Shown: positions 59,692-64,000 of the stretch, piece after piece
Layout of the letters: the number at the start of each line of letters is the position of its first letter
How positions within the stretch are numbered: position 1 is the first letter of the stretch
NCBI GenBank assembly: GCA_032123335.1
Contig: JAQBFN010000012.1
Location: 91-64,090 of the forward strand
Direction of reading: 5' to 3'
Source of the DNA: Candidatus Micrarchaeota archaeon
Lineage (GTDB): Archaea > Micrarchaeota > Micrarchaeia > Anstonellales > Bilamarchaeaceae
Length of the DNA stretch: 64,000 nucleotides
Notes under the pieces: generated by a model
Told to the model about the DNA's origin: nothing
Seen by the model: the letters and a program-made list of their open reading frames with translations, nothing else
Database searches by the model: none
Translations under genes and position numbers: made by a program

Positions 59692-62600
59692 ATGGTCGAA
59701 GAATATGGAGCTGAATCCATCAAAGTGCTTGAAGGCCTTGAAGGAGTTAGGAGAAGGCCGGCGATGTACATTGGGGACACTGCAAAGCGTGGGCTGCACC
59801 ACCTCATTTTCGAAGTGGTGGACAACAGCATAGATGAGGCCCTTGCGGGATACTGCAAGAACATAGAAGTGCTTCTGAAGAAGGATGGCTCAGTAATGGT
59901 CAGGGATGACGGGAGAGGAATTCCCGTAGACATACATTCAAAAACCGGGAAATCCGCGCTTGAGCTGGTCACTACTGTGCTGCATGCGGGTGGAAAGTTT
60001 GAGAAGAAAGCCTACCAGGTTAGCGGAGGGCTGCACGGAGTCGGGCTTTCGGTTGTGAACGCGCTGAGCGAGTGGATGGAAGCGGAAATACACCGGGCAG
60101 GAAAAATCCACAGGCAGAAATACGCGTTTGGAAAAGCGATTTCTCCAGTGGAAGTAATTGGTGAGACTGATACAACGTGCACCATAATCAGGTTCAAGCC
60201 GGACACGGGCATCTTTGCGGGGGAGCTGGAGTTCAACTACCTGAAGGACAGGATGCGGGAGCTTGCGTTCCTTAATGCAGGGCTGCGCATAGTGATGAGG
60301 GATGAGGAATCCGGGCAGGAAGAGGTATTCCAGTTTGAGGGCGGGCTGAAAACCTTCGTGGAATACATGAACAGGTCCAGGAAGCCAATCCAGCAGCCTT
60401 TCAGCTACGGGAAAAAAGTAAATGATGTTGATGTGGAGTATGCAATACAGTACACCCAGAATTTCACTTATGTGGTGCACTCATTTGTAAACAACATAAA
60501 CACGATTGAGGGCGGAACGCACCTTGTGGGGTTCAAGATGGCGCTTACCCGCGCAATAAACGAATACATGAAAGACAATAAAACGCTCAAGGGAAGGAAA
60601 CTCAGCGGGGACGATGTGCTTGAGGGGCTTACTGCAATCATAAGTGTAAAGGTTATGGAGCCCCAGTTTGAAGGGCAGACAAAAACCAAGCTCGGGAATA
60701 CAGAAGTGAAGGGGATTACCTCAAGCATAGTATATGAAAGCCTGATGCAGTTCCTGAATGAGAACCCAGCTGAAGCGCGGATGATTGGGGAAAAGGTTCT
60801 TGGTGCGCTGAATGCGCGTGAGGCTGCGCAAAAAGCAAAGGAGCTTATCCGCAGGAAGAGCGTATTCGAGAGTTCCGTGCTTCCGGGGAAGCTTGCGGAC
60901 TGCATCGAGCGCGACCCGCAGAAAGCTGAAATCTTTATTGTAGAGGGAGACTCTGCCGGGGGCTGCTTTTCGGGAGATACTACGGTTGCATTGGCTGATG
61001 GGAGGAATGTGCCCTTCAAGCAGCTCGTAAACGAGCATGCCGAAGGAAAGAAGAATTATTGTTATACCCTTGATGATGATGGGGGCATTCGGATCGCAGG
61101 GGTAAAAAATCCGAGGCTCACAAGAAAAAACGCAGATGTGATGAAGGTTGTGCTGGACAACGGGGAGGAGATAACCTGCACTCCAGACCACTTGTTCAGG
61201 CTCCCGGATGGAACATATCTTCCTGCAAAAGAACTTTCATCAGGAACAGGTGTGGCGCCTCTCTACAGAAAATTGTCCAAGAAAGAAGGGCGGATAACGA
61301 TAGAAGGCTACGAGATGGTTTATGATTCATCCAAAAGAAAATGGATTTTCACCCATCTCTTGGCAGACCGGTTGAATCTAAGGCGCAACTCATACTGCAG
61401 GGAAGCTGGCAGTCATAAGCACCACAAAGATTTCAACAAGCTAAACAATAATCCAGACAACATCACAAGAATGAGCGGAGAAGAGCACATGGACCTTCAC
61501 GCCAAGCACGCAGAGAGAACAATCGGGCGAGAGGACGTAAAAGAAAAATGCAGGAAAATCAAGAAAACACCTGAGTACAGAAAAAAAATAAGGAAAACTA
61601 TGCTTAAGCAATCCGGAGCATTGAGTGCAAGGGCAAAGCAGCAGTGGGGGAATAGTGAATACAAACAGTACATGGCTGAAAAATACCTGCAATTCTACAA
61701 TGAAAATGAGGAATACAGGAAAAACTTGGCAGTGCGGCTGCAAAAAGAGCAGGAAAAATACTGGGGCGAGCCTGAGAACAGAAAAAAGCAATCCAAGCGG
61801 GTAAAGGAATTCTTTGAAAAACACCCTGGACACCGGGCTCGGTTTTCAGAAGTGGCCAATATGCAATGGAAAGACCCCGAACTCAGGGCATGGAGGTCTA
61901 AAAAGACCTCGAAGCAGTGGACTCCGGAATTCAGGATAAAAAGAAAGGCTGCTTATGACAAAACATATTTCAACAACACGATTGCATTCATGAAGAAAAT
62001 CGATGAGCGGGATGGGTCGCTGGAGAAGTATGATGCTGAACGGATAAAATCACGGAACAAAAACCTCCTGAGGCTTGACACCTTTGCGGAAAGGTTCTTC
62101 AGTTCAGATACTGATGCACTGCAGGAAGCAGTTAGAAACCACAACCATAAAGTGACAAGGATTGAGAAAATCCGCAAAAGAACGGATGTGTATGACTTGG
62201 AAGTAGAAGGCACCCATAATTTTGCTCTTTCTGCAGGAGTATTTGTCCATAATAGCGCGAAGCAGGGAAGGGACAGGCGAATCCAGGCAATCCTTCCGCT
62301 CAAGGGAAAGATTTTGAATGTGGAAAAGGCGCAGATTCACAAAATCCTGAAGAATGAGGAAATCAAAACGCTCATACTAAGTTTGGGAACAGGGTTTGGG
62401 GAGGATTTTGACCCCGGGAAATTGAGATATCATAAGGTTGTGATTATGACGGATGCGGATGTGGACGGAAGCCATATCCGGACGCTGCTGCTTACGCTTT
62501 TCTACAGGTACTTCAAGGTGCTTATTGAGCGCGGGTACCTGTATATTGCGCAGCCGCCTTTGTACAGAGTGAAGAAGGGGAAGGTGAGCGAGTATGCATT

Positions 62601-62862
62601 TAATGATGCGGAGCTGGGGATTGCGCTGGAAAAGTTCGGGGAGAACTCACATGTGAGCAGGTACAAGGGGCTCGGTGAGATGAACCCTGTGCAGCTTTGG
62701 GAAACTACGCTCAACCCTGAAAACAGGAACCTGAAGAGGGTAACAATCCAGGATGCGGTGCTTGCGGATGAGCTTTTCACTACGCTGATGGGGGAGGATG
62801 TTGAGCCCAGGCGGAAGTTCATAGAGGACCATGCAAAGGAGGTTGCGAACCTGGACGTATAG
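59692..62862 (+). CDS. gyrB: DNA gyrase subunit B, interrupted by an in-frame intein
   Basis: Contains RRRPAMYIGDT, HLIFEVVDNSIDEA, GGLHGVG, EGDSAGG|...|SAKQGRDR, PLKGKILNVEK and IMTDADVDGSHIRTLLLT. Confidence 0.95.
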   Translation: MVEEYGAESIKVLEGLEGVRRRPAMYIGDTAKRGLHHLIFEVVDNSIDEALAGYCKNIEVLLKKDGSVMVRDDGRGIPVDIHSKTGKSALELVTTVLHAGGKFEKKAYQVSGGLHGVGLSVVNALSEWMEAEIHRAGKIHRQKYAFGKAISPVEVIGETDTTCTIIRFKPDTGIFAGELEFNYLKDRMRELAFLNAGLRIVMRDEESGQEEVFQFEGGLKTFVEYMNRSRKPIQQPFSYGKKVNDVDVEYAIQYTQNFTYVVHSFVNNINTIEGGTHLVGFKMALTRAINEYMKDNKTLKGRKLSGDDVLEGLTAIISVKVMEPQFEGQTKTKLGNTEVKGITSSIVYESLMQFLNENPAEARMIGEKVLGALNAREAAQKAKELIRRKSVFESSVLPGKLADCIERDPQKAEIFIVEGDSAGGCFSGDTTVALADGRNVPFKQLVNEHAEGKKNYCYTLDDDGGIRIAGVKNPRLTRKNADVMKVVLDNGEEITCTPDHLFRLPDGTYLPAKELSSGTGVAPLYRKLSKKEGRITIEGYEMVYDSSKRKWIFTHLLADRLNLRRNSYCREAGSHKHHKDFNKLNNNPDNITRMSGEEHMDLHAKHAERTIGREDVKEKCRKIKKTPEYRKKIRKTMLKQSGALSARAKQQWGNSEYKQYMAEKYLQFYNENEEYRKNLAVRLQKEQEKYWGEPENRKKQSKRVKEFFEKHPGHRARFSEVANMQWKDPELRAWRSKKTSKQWTPEFRIKRKAAYDKTYFNNTIAFMKKIDERDGSLEKYDAERIKSRNKNLLRLDTFAERFFSSDTDALQEAVRNHNHKVTRIEKIRKRTDVYDLEVEGTHNFALSAGVFVHNSAKQGRDRRIQAILPLKGKILNVEKAQIHKILKNEEIKTLILSLGTGFGEDFDPGKLRYHKVVIMTDADVDGSHIRTLLLTLFYRYFKVLIERGYLYIAQPPLYRVKKGKVSEYAFNDAELGIALEKFGENSHVSRYKGLGEMNPVQLWETTLNPENRNLKRVTIQDAVLADELFTTLMGEDVEPRRKFIEDHAKEVANLDV
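60964..62253 (+). mobile_element. GyrB intein (430 aa) with an HNH-type homing-endonuclease-like insert
   Basis: It begins CFSGDTTVAL directly after GDSAGG and ends GVFVHN before SAKQGRD. The insert has HKHHKDFNKLNNNPDNITRMSGEEHMDLH and repeated W-containing basic motifs. Boundaries were read in frame from the DNA. Confidence 0.9.
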
Positions 62863-62871
62863 GTGATTCTC

Positions 62872-64000
62872 ATGGCGATTACAGATATACCGATTGAAGA
62901 GGACATGAAGACCTCATACATGGATTATGCAATGAGCGTTATTGTGAGCAGGGCGCTCCCGGATGCAAGGGACGGGCTGAAGCCCGTGCACAGGAGAATC
63001 CTGTACTCGATGCATGAGCTTAGCAACACCCATTCAAAACCGCACAAGAAAAGTGCAAGGATTGTTGGGGAAGTGCTTGGTAAGTACCACCCGCACGGTG
63101 ATGCTGCAATTTATGATTCGCTTGTCAGGATGGCACAGCCGTTTAGCTTGAGGAGCATTCTCGTGGATGGGCAGGGAAACTTTGGGAGCGTGGATGGGGA
63201 TTCCGCGGCTGCCATGCGTTACACTGAGGTGCGCATGATGGCAATTGCGGAAGAATTGCTCAGGGACATTGAAAAGGGCACTGTGGATTTTACGCCCAAC
63301 TTTGACGGGACGCTTAAGGAGCCTACGGTGCTTCCATCGAGGATTCCGAACCTTCTGGCCAATGGGTCTGCGGGAATTGCCGTGGGAATGGCTACGAATA
63401 TTCCGCCGCATAACCTGGGTGAGATTTCAGATGCGATTATCGCTGCAATTGATGGGGCGGATGAGGAGAGGATCCTGAGCATTGTTCCCGGGCCGGACTT
63501 CCCTACGGGGGGGTACATTGTGGGGCGGATGGGAATACACAGCGCCTACACAACAGGGAGGGGAATCATCAGGATAAGGGGAAGAACAGAAGTAAAGGAA
63601 AAGGAAATCATAATTACGGAAATCCCATACCAGGTGAACAAGACCTCGCTTATCCAGCAGATTGTTGAGCGTGTAAAAGAGAAAAAAATAGATGGGATAA
63701 GCGGGCTGCACGACTATTCGGACAAGGATGGAATGACCATCAAGGTTGATTTGAAGCGGGGGGAAGATCCGGAAATCGTGCTCAGGCAGCTTTATGCGCA
63801 TACTGATTTGGAGAAGAGCTTCGGGATAATCAACCTGGCGCTTGTGGATGGGAAGCCAAAGCTGCTTACCCTGAACGAGATGCTCTGGGAATTCATAAAC
63901 TTCCGGAAGGAGATCATTACAAAGAGGAGCCAGTTCGAGCTGCAGAAAGCAAAGGACAGGCTGCACCTACTCGAGGGTCTTGCCATTGCGCTCCAGAACA
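62872..64000 (+). CDS. gyrA: DNA gyrase subunit A, 5' part (runs off the window end)
   Basis: [45 protein letters not shown]...YHPHGD...AAMRYTE. The frame stays open to 64000. Confidence 0.95.
   Translation, partial: MAITDIPIEEDMKTSYMDYAMSVIVSRALPDARDGLKPVHRRILYSMHELSNTHSKPHKKSARIVGEVLGKYHPHGDAAIYDSLVRMAQPFSLRSILVDGQGNFGSVDGDSAAAMRYTEVRMMAIAEELLRDIEKGTVDFTPNFDGTLKEPTVLPSRIPNLLANGSAGIAVGMATNIPPHNLGEISDAIIAAIDGADEERILSIVPGPDFPTGGYIVGRMGIHSAYTTGRGIIRIRGRTEVKEKEIIITEIPYQVNKTSLIQQIVERVKEKKIDGISGLHDYSDKDGMTIKVDLKRGEDPEIVLRQLYAHTDLEKSFGIINLALVDGKPKLLTLNEMLWEFINFRKEIITKRSQFELQKAKDRLHLLEGLAIALQN

Overview
This is an archaeal chromosomal fragment. The evidence is archaea/eukaryote-specific ribosomal proteins (S4e, L32e, L19e, L34e, L14e), aIF5B, aIF1/SUI1, RNase P Rpp29, Cbf5, Pth2, PurP, an archaeal-type CCA enzyme and TATA-box promoters. 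All calls come from reading the supplied ORF translations and the raw sequence by eye; no searches were run. The core of the window is the canonical archaeal ribosomal supercluster, L3 through L15, then SecY, Adk, DUF106, L34e, Cmk, L14e and Cbf5 (24.3-41.0 kb). A second, truncated S13-S4-S11-RpoD cluster sits at 48.9-51.3 kb. Other recognisable genes are a four-subunit 2-oxoacid:ferredoxin oxidoreductase, aIF5B, dCTP deaminase, two PurP paralogues and Taw1. There is also a SixA-deoxyhypusine synthase-SpeH-SpeE operon, tRNA-Ser(GGA), and gyrB (with a 430-aa intein) followed by gyrA. I saw no rRNA, no CRISPR array and no transposase or integrase. The left 13 kb and several islands are orphan-rich. 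They hold a 767-aa protein with a degenerate cyclase-like segment, and a NurA nuclease paired with a triple-repeat protein and no HerA. They also hold six HEAT-repeat paralogues (four in a row), two large surface proteins, and a 1,473-aa protein fusing M48-protease and UbiB-kinase motifs. The most unusual non-coding signal is a compact, about 80-nt three-way-junction element immediately 3' of tRNA-Ser that ends in an exact copy of the tRNA's last 12 nt. Seven ribosomal proteins carry long K/E/A/P-rich tails. First genes of transcription units look leaderless, while internal operon genes use a GGTGA(TC) Shine-Dalgarno sequence.
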